DNA from: the human T2T-CHM13v2.0 reference genome, Homo sapiens
DNA: 64,000 nt
NCBI RefSeq assembly: GCF_009914755.1
Contig: NC_060938.1
Direction: 5' to 3' (one strand)
The notes under the pieces were generated by a model. That model saw only the letters and a program-made list of their open reading frames with translations. It had not been told where the DNA came from and made no database searches. Position numbers and translations under genes: made by a program. Positions 12,001-25,324 of this stretch are shown here, piece by piece; position 1 is the first letter of the stretch, and every line of letters begins with the position of its first letter.

Positions 12001-13320
12001 GAATATAATGGAATGGTGAAATTAAATGTGAGCTGAGATAGTGCCACTCCACTCCAGTCTGGGTGACAGATGAAGATCCTGTCAAAAGAAAGGAATGGAA
12101 AGGAATGGAATGGAATGGAGTGTGGTGGAGTGGAGTGGAGTGGACTGGATTTGAGTGGAGTCGAATGGAAGGGAGTGGAATGGAATGGGGTGGAGTGGAA
12201 TGGAATTGATTGGAGAGAAGTGGTGTGGAGTGGAATTGGGTGGAATTCAATGGGATGGAATGGAGTGGAGTGGAATGGAATGTAGTGGATTGGAATGGAA
12301 TGGAGTGGAATGGAATGGAATGGAATGGAATAGAGTGGAATGGAATGGAATGGAATGGAGAGGAGTGGAGTGGAATGGAGTGGAATGGGAAGGGATAGAA
12401 TGGAATGGAATGGAATGGAATGGAATGCAATGGAATGGAATGGAATGGAATGCAATCGAATGGAATCATGAAATGAAATGATAGCTGAGATTATGACACT
12501 GCACTCCATCCTGGGTGACAGAGTGAGATCTGGTCGACAGAAAGGAATAGAATGGAATGGTGTGGAATGGAATGGAGTAGAATGCAGTGGATTGGAGTGG
12601 AATGGAATGGGATGGGATGCAGTGGAATGGAATGGAGTGAAGTGGAATGGAGTGGAGTGGAATGGAATGGGATGGGATGGAATGGAGTTGAGTGGATTGG
12701 ATTCAAATTGAATGGAGTAGAGTGGAGTGGAGAGGAGTGTAGTAGAATGGAATGGAATAGAGTGGAATAGAATGGTGAAATGAAATGTGAGCTGAGATTG
12801 TGCCACTGCACTCCATCCTGGGTGACAGGTGATATCCTATCGAAAGAAAGGAATGGAACGGATTAGAGTAGAACGGAATGGAGTGGGGTGGAGTGGGGTG
12901 GAGTAGAGTGGAGTGGAGTGGAGTATAGTGGAAAGAAGAGGAAGGGAATGGGATGTAATGGAAAGGAATGCAGTGGAGTGGAGTAGAGTGGAGTTTTGTG
13001 GAGTGGTGTGGAATAGAATGGAAAGGAATGGAATGAAATGGAATGGCACGTTGAAATGAAATGTGGGCTGAGATTGTGCCACTGCACTCCAACCTGGGTG
13101 AGGGAGTGAGTTCCTGACAAAATAAAAGAATGGAATGGAATGGATTGGAATGAAATGGAATGGAATAGAATGGAGTGTAGTGGACTGGAGTAGAGTGGAA
13201 TGGAGTGGAGTAGAGTGGAAGGGAGTGGAATGGAATGGGATGGAATGGAATGGAATGGGATGGAATGGAATGGAATGGAATGGAATGGAATGGAATGGAG
13301 TGGAGTGGAGTGGAGTGGAG
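1..13320 (+). repeat. Satellite III (HSat3)-type array of GGAAT/GGAGT pentamers with periodic Alu-derived cassettes; continues beyond the left edge of the window
   Basis: Continuous diverged GGAAT and GGAGT pentamers on a purine-rich + strand, ending at ...tggagtggag (13320). The long HSIPF/WNGME ORFs are translations of the pentamer. Confidence 0.97.
110..13130 (+). repeat. 35 interspersed ~70-bp cassettes derived from the Alu right-arm 3' end within the satellite
   Basis: Consensus gtgaaatgaaat-GTGAGCTGAGATTGTGCCACTGCACTCCAGCCTGGGTGACAGAGTGAGATCCTGTC-gaaagaaagg. Copies start at ~122, 547, 750, 1227, 1583, 2099, 2550, 2743, 3170, 3506, 4007, 4623, 5108, 5575, 5786, 6058, 6345, 6592, 7169, 7432, 7823, 8194, 8661, 9038, 9555, 9993, 10440, 10702, 11069, 11380, 11772, 12028, 12480, 12787 and 13063. 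Matches the 3' ends of Alus elsewhere in this window (e.g. 46760-46807). Confidence 0.93.
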
Positions 13321-13925
<605 letters not shown>

Positions 13926-14960
13926 CCGGAGAAGTTTTTAGGACTTTCAGCTAGGAGTTAATATGTTCTGAGTCTTGGGTATCTCAAATTATAGCAGGTA
14001 AGAAGTTTTACTTGTCTGCAGAGCAGAGTGCCAGTGCATAATTTTATGCTGAAGAGGGAATAAAGAGAATTCTCTAATTAAAATTTGAATCAGAAATATG
14101 GCTATTTTTATGTACAACAATCTCTAAGGCTTCTTGGAAAGGAACTAGCTGCCTGATTTTTTTTTTTTTCATTTGAATCCACTAATACATGGAGAGGATG
14201 ATTCTCCCATACCAATCACAAGAATGATATCTGTAGAATCAAAAGTTGAAATCCTATTATCCTAGAACTTTCTTCAGAAAACTTGAACATGCATTGAAAT
14301 GTCATGCTGGTCATATATTTTATAGCAATGAGGAATTTACTTATTATATACTTTAGATTTTTAGCCCTTTCCCTGCCCACGAGAAATGTTTCTTTTGAAT
14401 CCAATTTTGTCCTCAGAGATTTAGAATGTTAAGGAATGTATAGGGGTTTCTTTTTTCTTCTTCTTTTTTTTTTTGTCAAGCTATTGTATATTTTTACTTT
14501 ACCTGTTTGGTTATGTAGTTACTATTTGTTTGTATTCTCATACCAGAAAAAAAATTATAGTGAATTTTACATGTACGGAGTCTTCATTAATCTGTATAAA
14601 CTGACAAGTTTAGAATATCAAAGTCAACACTGTAAAAAATAAAGTGATATTTTATCTGGTCTATCTCCTTGCAAATAAAAGAACAATAAATTCTGTACTA
14701 TTATGAAATATATGAGCTTGAAAATTTTTCAAGTGCCTTGTATAGAATGGCCTTCGAATTCAAGGTATAAACTACAACAAAACACTTTCGAGATCTAGTT
14801 TGATTGCAGAGTACATTCCTACACATTTATATATTCTCTGCAATTTCTGATTCAAGATATTTCACAATTCTAAAGGAAAACCAAAATAGAATAATAATTA
14901 CAAAACAAAATAAAAAGTAATTGAGGAAGATATTTGAGCAACTTATTCTTGACAACTAGC

Positions 14961-16383
14961 TTTTTTTTTTTAATTGATCATTCTTGGGTGTTTCTCGCAG
15001 AGGGGGATTTGGCAGGGTCATAGGACAATAGTGGAGGGAAGGTCAGCAGATAAACAAGTGAACAAAGGTCTCTGGTTTTCCTAGGCAGAGGACCCTGCGG
15101 CCTTCCACAGTGTTTGTGTCCCTGGGTACTTGAGATTAGGGAGTGGTGATGACTCTTAACGAGCATACTGCCTTCAAGCATCTGTTTAACAAAGCACATC
15201 TTGCACCACCCTTAATCAATTTAACCCTGAGTGGACACAGCACATGTTTCAGAGAGCACAGGGTTGGGGGTAAGGTCATAGATCAACAGGATCACAAGGC
15301 AGAAGAATTTTTCTTAGTACAGAACAAAATGAAAAGTCTCCCATGTCTACTTCTTTCTACACAGACACAGCGACCATCCGATTTCTCAATCTTTTCCCCA
15401 CCTTTCCCCCTTTTCTATTCCACAAAACCGCCATTGTCATGATGGCCTGTTCTCAATGAGCTGTTGGGTACACCTCCCAGACGGGGTGGTGGCTGGGCAG
15501 AGGGGCTCCTCACTTCCCAGTAGGGGCGGCCGGGCAGAGGCACCCCTCACCTAACGGACGGGGCAGCTGGCCGGGCGGGCGCTGACCCCCCACCTCCCTC
15601 CCAGACGGGGCGGCCGGCCGGGCGTGGGCTGACCCCCACCTCCCTCCCGGACGGGGTGGCTGCCGAGCGGAGACGCTCCTCACTTCTCAGATGGGGCGGC
15701 CGGGCAGAGACGCTCCTCACCTCCCAGACAGGGTCGCGGCCGGGCAGAGGTGCTCCCCACATCTCGGACGATGGGCGGCCAGGCAGAGACGCTCCTCACT
15801 TCCTAGATGGGATGGCGGCCGGGCAGAGATGCTCCTCACTTTCCAGACTGGGCAGCCAGGCAGAGGGGCTCCTCACATCCCAGACGATGGGCGGCCAGGC
15901 AGATGCTCCTCACTTCCCAGACGGGGTGGCAGCCGGGCAGAGGCTGCAATCTCGGCACGTTGGGAGGCCAAGGCAGGCAGCTGGAAGGTGGAGGTTGTAG
16001 CGAGCAGAGATCACACCACTGCACTCCAGCCTGGGCACCATTGAGCACTGAGTGAACGAGACTCTGTCTGCAATCCCGGCACCTCGGGAGGCCGAGGCTG
16101 GCGGATCACTCGCAGTTAGGAGCTGGGGACCAGCCCGGCCAACACAGCGAAACCCCGTCTCCACCAAAAAAATACGAAAACCAGTCAGGTGTGGCGGCGC
16201 ACGCCCGCAATTGCAGGCACTCGGCAGGCTGAGGCAGGAGAATCAGGCAGGGAGGTTGCAGTGAGTCAAAATGGCAGCAGTACAGTCCAGCTTCGGCTGG
16301 GCATCAGAGGGAGACCGTGGAAAGAGAGGGAGAGGGAGACCGTGGAAAGAGAGAGAGAGGGGAACGTGGGGAGAGGGAGAGGG
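14961..16383 (-). mobile_element. SVA retrotransposon, full-length with short VNTR (probably SVA_B-D)
   Basis: Poly-T at 14961, SINE-R ~14972-15465, GC-rich VNTR ~15470-15945, Alu-like domain ~15946-16310 and (AGAGGG)n hexamer 16321-16383. TSD TTGACAACTAGCTTTTT at 14949-14965 and 16490-16506. Confidence 0.97.
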
Positions 16384-16489
16384 CATTATCTTCTTTTCAA
16401 AGGCCTATTTCCTTTGCCTCCGTAACTGTTGTGGGTATTCATGGCTAGGCTTCTAAACCTCTTAAAACTCCCCAACTCTGGTGCTAACG
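16384..16489 (+). mobile_element. HERV-H-like protease-region fragment lying inside the SVA TSDs (5' transduction)
   Basis: Lies between the SVA hexamer and the TSD. From 16386 it translates LSSFQRPISFASVTVVGIHG*ASKPLKTPQLWC*, which resembles HERV-H protease sequence as I recall it. Confidence 0.8.
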
Positions 16490-16805
16490 TTGACAACTAG
16501 CTTTTTAACAAACAGAAAAGTGCACTAAAAATACTGCCTAGTTGTTTAAAGTAGGCTGAGATCTGACTGTATCCCCTAAGTGAGTGTCATAAAGAAAAAA
16601 TTACCTTTGAGGGAGCACAGTGGTTAAATTTAAAGATTTATTGTTTAACTTCAGGAAGACTTTCAGTAACTTTTTAAAATTGTATACAGTTAATGGAAGA
16701 CATGCTATGCTTCTTGTAAGAATTTGTTCTAAATCACTGTGTATAATTAATGGCTTGTCTACATATTTTTTCAATAAAACTGTTCATGCAGAATTTTAGG
16801 TGGGC

Positions 16806-17695
16806 ACTTTCAGTACCAGAATGAATGTATCTTTGTGAAGATACCATTTATGTCCCATAACATCCAAAGCATAATGAGGAGATTTTGATACACTGCAGAT
16901 TTAGAACTGAGTTGGAAAACAAAACTTCAAGATACTGTCTTGTCAGCACAAAGCAAATAAATTCATCACTGTAAGTTGAGATTTAAATTCACAAACTTAT
17001 AAGCAATAAAATCAAAGTAATTTTATTATAAGTTTTTTGACACCAGATTATATGTGGTAAATAATTTACTTTCTAATCAAGCAATTGACACATATAAACC
17101 TGAAATAGAGTTTTGCCTTTTAATTAACTAATTGTTAAGCAAAGAATGGTTGAAGCAGCAGTTGAGAATTATCTTTTTCTCTTTTTGCTGTTCTTACAAG
17201 GAGAGTTTCTAGAATTGTTTTCAAAACAATAGAACAGAAAATTTCACTTACTCATTTAATTTAACTTTTGTTAAAGTACTTTGCCAAAATTAGCAAACTA
17301 CGAAAGGAAAGTTTACCTTTTCAATATATATGTAAGTGGCAAGTAAAAGTTATTCTTAAATCACGTGATCTCATAGAAATAACATGGGATAAAAAGAGTT
17401 CTGAAGGTGTTCAGGAAATGCCAGTCCTAAATGGATTGCTTTGGTGTACTGATTACATCGAACTGAAAATATTTGAAAAACAACAAATGCGAGACATGCT
17501 TTCTCTGCACTCCCTTTACGTTCCTCAAGAGAGATCCTCCAAAAGGAACTTTCAATACCAGAATGAATGTATCTTTGTAAAGATACCATTTATCTACCAT
17601 AACATCCAAAGCATGATGAGGAGATTTTTATACACTGCAGATTTAGAACGGAATTGGAAATCAAAACTTCAAGATACTGTCTTGTCAGCACAAAG
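16806..17695 (+). repeat. 148-bp dispersed direct duplication (16806-16953 and 17548-17695)
   Basis: actttca(g/a)taccagaatgaatgtatctttgt...gatactgtcttgtcagcacaaag occurs twice, 742 bp apart, about 90% identical. Confidence 0.95.
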
Positions 17696-18104
17696 ACATT
17701 CATCTCCTTCCTAGGAGTTTCATCAGCCAGGGAAAATCGACTCCTCATATCACAGGAGACAAGACTAAGGGTCCATACCACACTAAGACAGACTGCCACA
17801 AACTATCATCTATTCTCCTAAGGGTCTGGTCATCTTTCCCAAAAGTCATTTGCTCTCCCCTAAGTTTCCTACATTCTTCCTCCTGCCTTCCCTATAAGCT
17901 CCTAAATCTCACTGGGTTTTTTTCTTGGTGGTGTTTTGTTTGTTTTGTTTTGTTTTTGATTCCACTTTTCTTTCCTGTGATTCCCCCATGCGTGTAATAA
18001 ATGTGTACACATTTTCTTCTTTTGACATGCCTGTTATCCATTTATTCAATAGACTCAGTTATCACACCTTCAGAGGGTAGAGGGAAAGTTCTCCAACTCC
18101 AACA
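17402..18104 (+). mobile_element. ERV1-class solo LTR, MER34/MER39-like
   Basis: TG...CA termini with 4-bp TSD GTTC (17398-17401 and 18105-18108). TATAA near 17893, AATAAA at ~17996, and a 3' end ccttcagagggtagagggaaagtt typical of the family. Confidence 0.8.
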
Positions 18105-19734
18105 GTTCCAAAAGAAAATAGCTAGTAACTGCAAATGCAAAAGTCATATAAACTTTGAGACAAAGTTAGCTTCTTATACGATATGTTCAGAAAGAAGAGG
18201 TGTGTTGCACACCAAGGGACATTTCCCTGGTCTTAGCTCCTAAGTTTCTCTGAGAAGAAGCAGTTACTACTACAGCAGTTAAACACCTGACTCCCAAATT
18301 ATAAAAGCCTAAGTTATGATTTTAAATCATTAATTGTCACCTGTGAATCATAAAGTCTGAACTCTTTAAATTGCAAACACACATATAAAAGGGATTCTTA
18401 TACAAGGATCCATGAGTGGAACTGCAAAGTTTTGTCAAAATCTGTATATATGTTTTCTTTTTAAGGGTCATAGATTTCAATATATGTTAAAAGATATCTG
18501 TAGCTAGTAAAGATTAATAACCATTTTCAGTTTTGTGCTGAAATTGGCAAATCATGGCTTTTCTCCCTCCAACACACCCCCTCCCGCCCCAGCACACCCC
18601 TGGTTAATCTTTATTTTCAGGAGAGAAAAAGATGTTTCATATTAATAAAGGTAGATTATCCACTTGTTTGTTTTATACTTTTCCACCTCTTAAGCTTAAT
18701 CGTGTTTTAATAATATATAATTGAATACATTAATATTTAGATGTTAGTAAACTAATAAAAAATGTTCATGATTTCTCTTGAGTAGAGGAATACAAATTTT
18801 GCACCCATTGTTGTATAGAATGATTTTTAAAATCTCATTCAATCCCTCAGAAGTTTAATATTTTTTTCAAGAATTTATATATAAAATTTTTACTTAGAAG
18901 CAGATAGCTCACAAAAAGTATGGGGGATTTTTTTGGATTATAAATAAACTATTCCACTCACCAAGATGCTGAGACATCCTACTTTCTGGTATTTTGAAAT
19001 GAAAACAAAACACAAGAATGTGACGAAGAAGCAAGTGAAAATTAAAAGGATACAGACTTTAGAAGTATCATAAGCTAAAAATAAAGTGAAACAAATCTGT
19101 AAAGGAACCAAAAGCCCAGGCAGATATAATACAGTAAATTATGAGAAGTTAAAAAAATGAGGGGGTGACAATAAAGTGAAAATCTCTGATAAAGCCAAAA
19201 CTATTTGAATGGCAGTCAACAAAACAGAAGAAAAAAATGACACTCATAACAAGGCAGAACTATGGAAATGCATCCCCGGGGGTAAGACAATAGAGTTGTG
19301 AATTAGTGGAGGCGAATCACCAATACTGGCCAACTAAAGCCCTCTAACATAATTCAAAGGATGGAGAAATTCTGTAGCTGAAGATAAAATGTCTGAAATA
19401 TATTATGGTATAGTCAAATGAGTGTCATTTCTAATATACACACTTATTTTTCAAGAGTTGATAATATGAAGTAAAAATTTAGTATGCAAAGTTCAAATTT
19501 TCCATTTGTTGAGTAATTCATTTTTATTAAATATTTCCCAACAATTAAACTAAAGTGGTACCAGAACAGAGTAGACATTCTGAGCTTTCACTTTACAAAA
19601 GCTACACATAAATCTACATAATTTTTAAGGGTATAAACAAAGTCAGAGTCTGTGTGATATTTCATTAAACAATTGGAGAAAATTTTTCTTTAAGAATAGA
19701 TTATATACATAGTGACCTCTTTGAGATCCTTATT

Positions 19735-21535
<1,801 letters not shown>

Positions 21536-21570
21536 AGATCCTTATTGTGAGAGTCAGTTCAGAATCTGGG

Positions 21571-21897
21571 GTTTTGTTTTGTTTTGTTTTGTTTTGTTTT
21601 GTTTTGTTTTGTTTTGAGATGGAGTCTCTCTCTGTTACCAGGCTGGAGTACAGTGGCACAGTCTCAGCTCATGCAACCTCTGCCTCCCAGGTCCAAGTGA
21701 TTCTCCTGCCTCAGCCTCCCAAGTAGCTGGGACTACAGGCACGTGCCACCATGCCCAGCTAACTTTCGTATTTTTTTTTAGTAGAGATGGGGTTTCGCCA
21801 TGTTGGCCAGGATGGTCCCGATCTGTTGACCTTGTGATTTGCCTGTCTCAGCCTCCCAAAGTGCTGAGATCACAGACGTGAGCCACTGTGCCCAGCC
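21571..21897 (-). mobile_element. Alu (AluSc-like) with the tail converted to a (GTTTT)n microsatellite
   Basis: Full dimer. TSD CAGAATCTGGG(G)TTTT at 21560 and 21898. Confidence 0.95.
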
Positions 21898-22699
21898 CAG
21901 AATCTGGGTTTTAACCAGATTTGCCATTATAAAATGAAATGAAACCAAAACCACCAATCAATATCTGTAGCAGTGTTATTGTTGGGAAGCATGCACGTTT
22001 GTTTGAGCTTATTTATATATACAGAGCTGTTTAGCTTAATATTTAAACTGAAAATTTTTAGTATTTTTAGAATGTTTTAGATACTTTGATGAATAAATTT
22101 TGTTTTAACAAACTACTATTAAAAAAATTATAGGTTATATATTTCTGAACACATTGGCAGATGTAAATGACAGTTATATTCACACAATCAGTTTTTCTTG
22201 CACAGAAATGACATTTTGTCAAAAAGTTAAAATCTTTGAAATGTATTTTCTGTCCTCATCTTTCCCCTTTTGAGCATTTTTCTCCCCCTGGGTTGGTTAT
22301 AAAATGTTCCCTAACTTCAGGCATCTGATTAAATTTTGGGTTTTCTCCCTTCCTACCAATTCATATGGATTGGTAATGATCTGATAGAAGACAATTGCCG
22401 AAAATCAATCAAATATATTTTAAATTAAACTTCTCCAAGATAATATTCATATTAATCCTTCTTTAATTGCTGAATGAGGAATAAATGTTCACTGACCCTT
22501 AAAATCCTAAAACTTAATCAGCTCACTGGAGTGGATGAATGGATATTTGTCCAGATGAGAATGCTTAAGGTCTACTTCAAGGAGTTCATAATAGTAAAAA
22601 TGTCCTTTTCTTCCATCAGAAGCTTCATCCTGGATCTTTTCATCCTTATTTTTCTACTAGCTCTCCTTCTCCAAATACACTGACTTGGAACCCCAGTTT

Positions 22700-22800
22700 C
22701 AGTGGTGGACTGCGTGGATTTGATTCTTAGCTATGCTATAATGAGAAAGTAGCTCTAACCCTATTCTCATTTTCTTCACCTGTAATATAGAAATCATCAT
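22700..22800 (+). mobile_element. Degraded MIR fragment
   Basis: ctcattttcttcacctgtaatatagaaat resembles the MIR core. Confidence 0.4.
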
Positions 22801-23466
22801 CAGACAATATACAGATAGGGGCCATTTATTTCACAGATAATAATAGGTGAAAATGGAGAGTATGTGGGTGTAGACGGGAAAGTGAGTTTAAATGGTTTCA
22901 GGAGTCTGTGGAAGTTGTCTTTGGATGATTCAGTGTTCTCAGGGAAGCACAACCAAAAAGACATTGAGGATTTCTGGGCAAGTGTTAGGGATTAGAGACA
23001 GGATAAGATACAAAACTAGGTAAATTAGAGAATGAATAGATTGGAACATATGTAGTATGATTGATTGATAGGCAGCACTGAGATTCTCATTTTCAAGTGG
23101 GATATTTTTCAATTTGATCCATATAGCTAGTTGCTCAAATATATGTGGGGATTTGGTGGAAATTTGGATATAACCAGGGTTATTTTCCTGGTTATATTCA
23201 GCAAAGTGAAAGAGAAACCAGGAAGTTGAAGTTTCCTGGGAATGGTTGGCCATGGAATTTAGGCAGGAGAACAGGAAATAGAGTACATCAAGTAGGTAAG
23301 GGTCATTGTGAATATGATAAAATAATAGTTTGGAGGTCTCAGAGAGATTGAAAAATTTTATGTCAGCATATGAAAGGGAATGATTAAAGGAGGAGCTCAG
23401 AGAATGGGATGAATAAAATTGTGACTACAGAGAAGTTCCTATTATAAGTAATGACGATGCTTCACT

Positions 23467-23655
23467 CAGTCCGTCTGGAAGTGTGGTCCCTGTGCTAGCA
23501 GCATCAGCATCACCTGGGAACTTACTAGAAGTGCATATTCTCAGGTTACAGCCCCAGATCTACCAAATCTGAAATTCCAATAGCAGGTCTCAGCAATCTT
23601 TTATTGTAACACAACTGTAGGCAATTTTGAGGCACACTGTAGTTAGCACAACTGG
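23467..23655 (+). mobile_element. MER5A (hAT-Charlie MITE)
   Basis: aagtgtggtccc...cagcatcagcatcacctgggaacttactagaagtgca...cagcaatct matches MER5A. Confidence 0.85.
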
Positions 23656-23660
23656 TCTAG

Positions 23661-24345
23661 TGTATGTCCTATTTGGTCTTCCTCCCCAGTTCACAGTACA
23701 GAGCTCCTAAAACTTGAAATTTCCTGATAGAGATGAGAGGACCATCCTTTACTAGTCATAAGTCTCTCTTAGCCATACCTGAGTTTATGCTATTGACATG
23801 ACATGAGTGGTGGCTGGAGACCCGTATAGCTTCAGGGTGTGTGCTGGACATCAGAAACATGAAGGCATAACTAGATGGTTGAAACTGTCAGCCCTCTCCT
23901 CCATCACCTCTGAGGTGCTGGGAGGGTGATAGAATGATATACTTAGAGGTCATATGGCAGCTTTGTGCCCCTTTTCACCATACCTGGCCCTATGTGTCTC
24001 TTCTATTTGAGAGTTCCTGATTTGTATCAGACAGTAACTGTAACAAAGTGCTTTCTTGGGTTCTGTGCGCCATCTTAGCAAATTATAGAACCTGAGGAAG
24101 GAATCCATGGAGGTCCTAATTTATAGACAGTTGGTCAGGAGTATGGGAGGCCCACAACTCCTCTCTAATGGTGTGGGGGCAGTCTTGTGGGCCTGAGCCC
24201 TGAACTTTTGGGATCTATGCTATCTCCAGATAGATAGACTCAGGATTGAATTGAATTGTAGGACACCATTTGGTGTCCTGAGAGTTGAAGAATTGATTGG
24301 GGTGAGACTGAATCCACAAATTTGATCTCAGAAGTTTGAGTAGAA
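23661..24345 (+). mobile_element. MER21-family solo LTR (MER21C-like)
   Basis: Motifs cagagctcctaaaac, ccatacctgagtttatgcta, gggcagtcttgtgggcctgagccct and gaattgaattgtaggacacc. Strand taken from my recall of the consensus. Confidence 0.75.
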
Positions 24346-25115
24346 ATAATTCTGTTGGAAAACATTATTGTTAGATCAAAGGTGTTCATAGAACTGAGAG
24401 ATCAAAATGGCAAGGAGTCATCTATGATTACACATTGTTGACTTAAATTAGAATTAAGACAAGAGTATGTCAAAGAGAGTTACATTGAGCCAGGGATAAA
24501 AATAGTCAATCAATTGATTGATTAGAATATAGTAAATGCTATTTTAAAAAAAATTAATCTTTACTTAATTAATGGAGATACTTAATTATCTCCATTTTGA
24601 CTTTAAATTTATAATTAAAAAATTGCTATTTTATCTATTTTCCATAAAAGGAAATTGAAAAGCAATAGAAAAATGCTTCGACAGAAAATCTACCCTTCTT
24701 ATTCCCAAGAGGAAGAATGGCCAACTACCTTAAGCACAAAGTTAGAAAAACTTTCATAATTTTTTAAGTTGCCATATTTTATAGCTTTGAACAAGTCGAA
24801 TTGTTAACTAGACTGCCCAGGGAATGGAGCCATCTAATATAATTTCCTTACTATTTAGATAAGATATTTGTTGTTGAAAGTCTTAATCATTTTTAATGAT
24901 CCTGTTTTCAGAGCCTGATATTAATGATTCGGGAAACTCATTAAATGTAGTTAAGCATCTGATTTGAAAATCATGAGGGGGATTTTTGGTCAGATATGCA
25001 TAGGAAATCTGTCACTAGACATATGTCCCTGCTACCCATGTCACAACCTTTATGTCTACTCTTGAATTGAGGTTTTGCTACGTTTTATTTTTGAGGTTTA
25101 AGAATTATTCATTTA

Positions 25116-25236
25116 GGTATCTGGGTGCAGCACACCAGCATGGCACATGTATACATATGTAACTAATCTGCACAATGTGCACATGTACCCTAAAACTTAA
25201 AGTATAATAATAAAAATAAAATAAAATAAAATAAAA
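25116..25236 (+). mobile_element. Extremely 5'-truncated young L1 (L1PA2-like 3' end, ~90 bp plus A-tail)
   Basis: caccagcatgg...aactaatctgcacaatgtgcacatgtaccctaaaacttaaagtataat. Perfect 16-bp TSD AAGAATTATTCATTTA (25100-25115 and 25237-25252) at a TT/AAGA endonuclease site. Confidence 0.95.
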
Positions 25237-25324
25237 AAGAATTATTCATTTAACTGACGGAAAATTGTGTTTCTCTTGTTAGAATAGAGCCCAATTTATC
25301 TTTTCTATTTTTCATGGAGACATG

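Noticed and set aside
110-13130. CRISPR-like architecture (conserved repeat with variable spacers)
   Set aside because: The repeats are ~70-bp Alu fragments and the spacers are hundreds of bp of satellite pentamers rather than unique 30-40-mers. There are no cas genes and the DNA is primate.
15143-16456. Overlapping GC-rich ORFs
   Set aside because: Artefacts of the SVA VNTR and Alu-like domain.
17268-17714. 148-aa ORF
   Set aside because: Non-ATG start; it crosses an LTR boundary and the duplicated insert, and has no recognisable domain.
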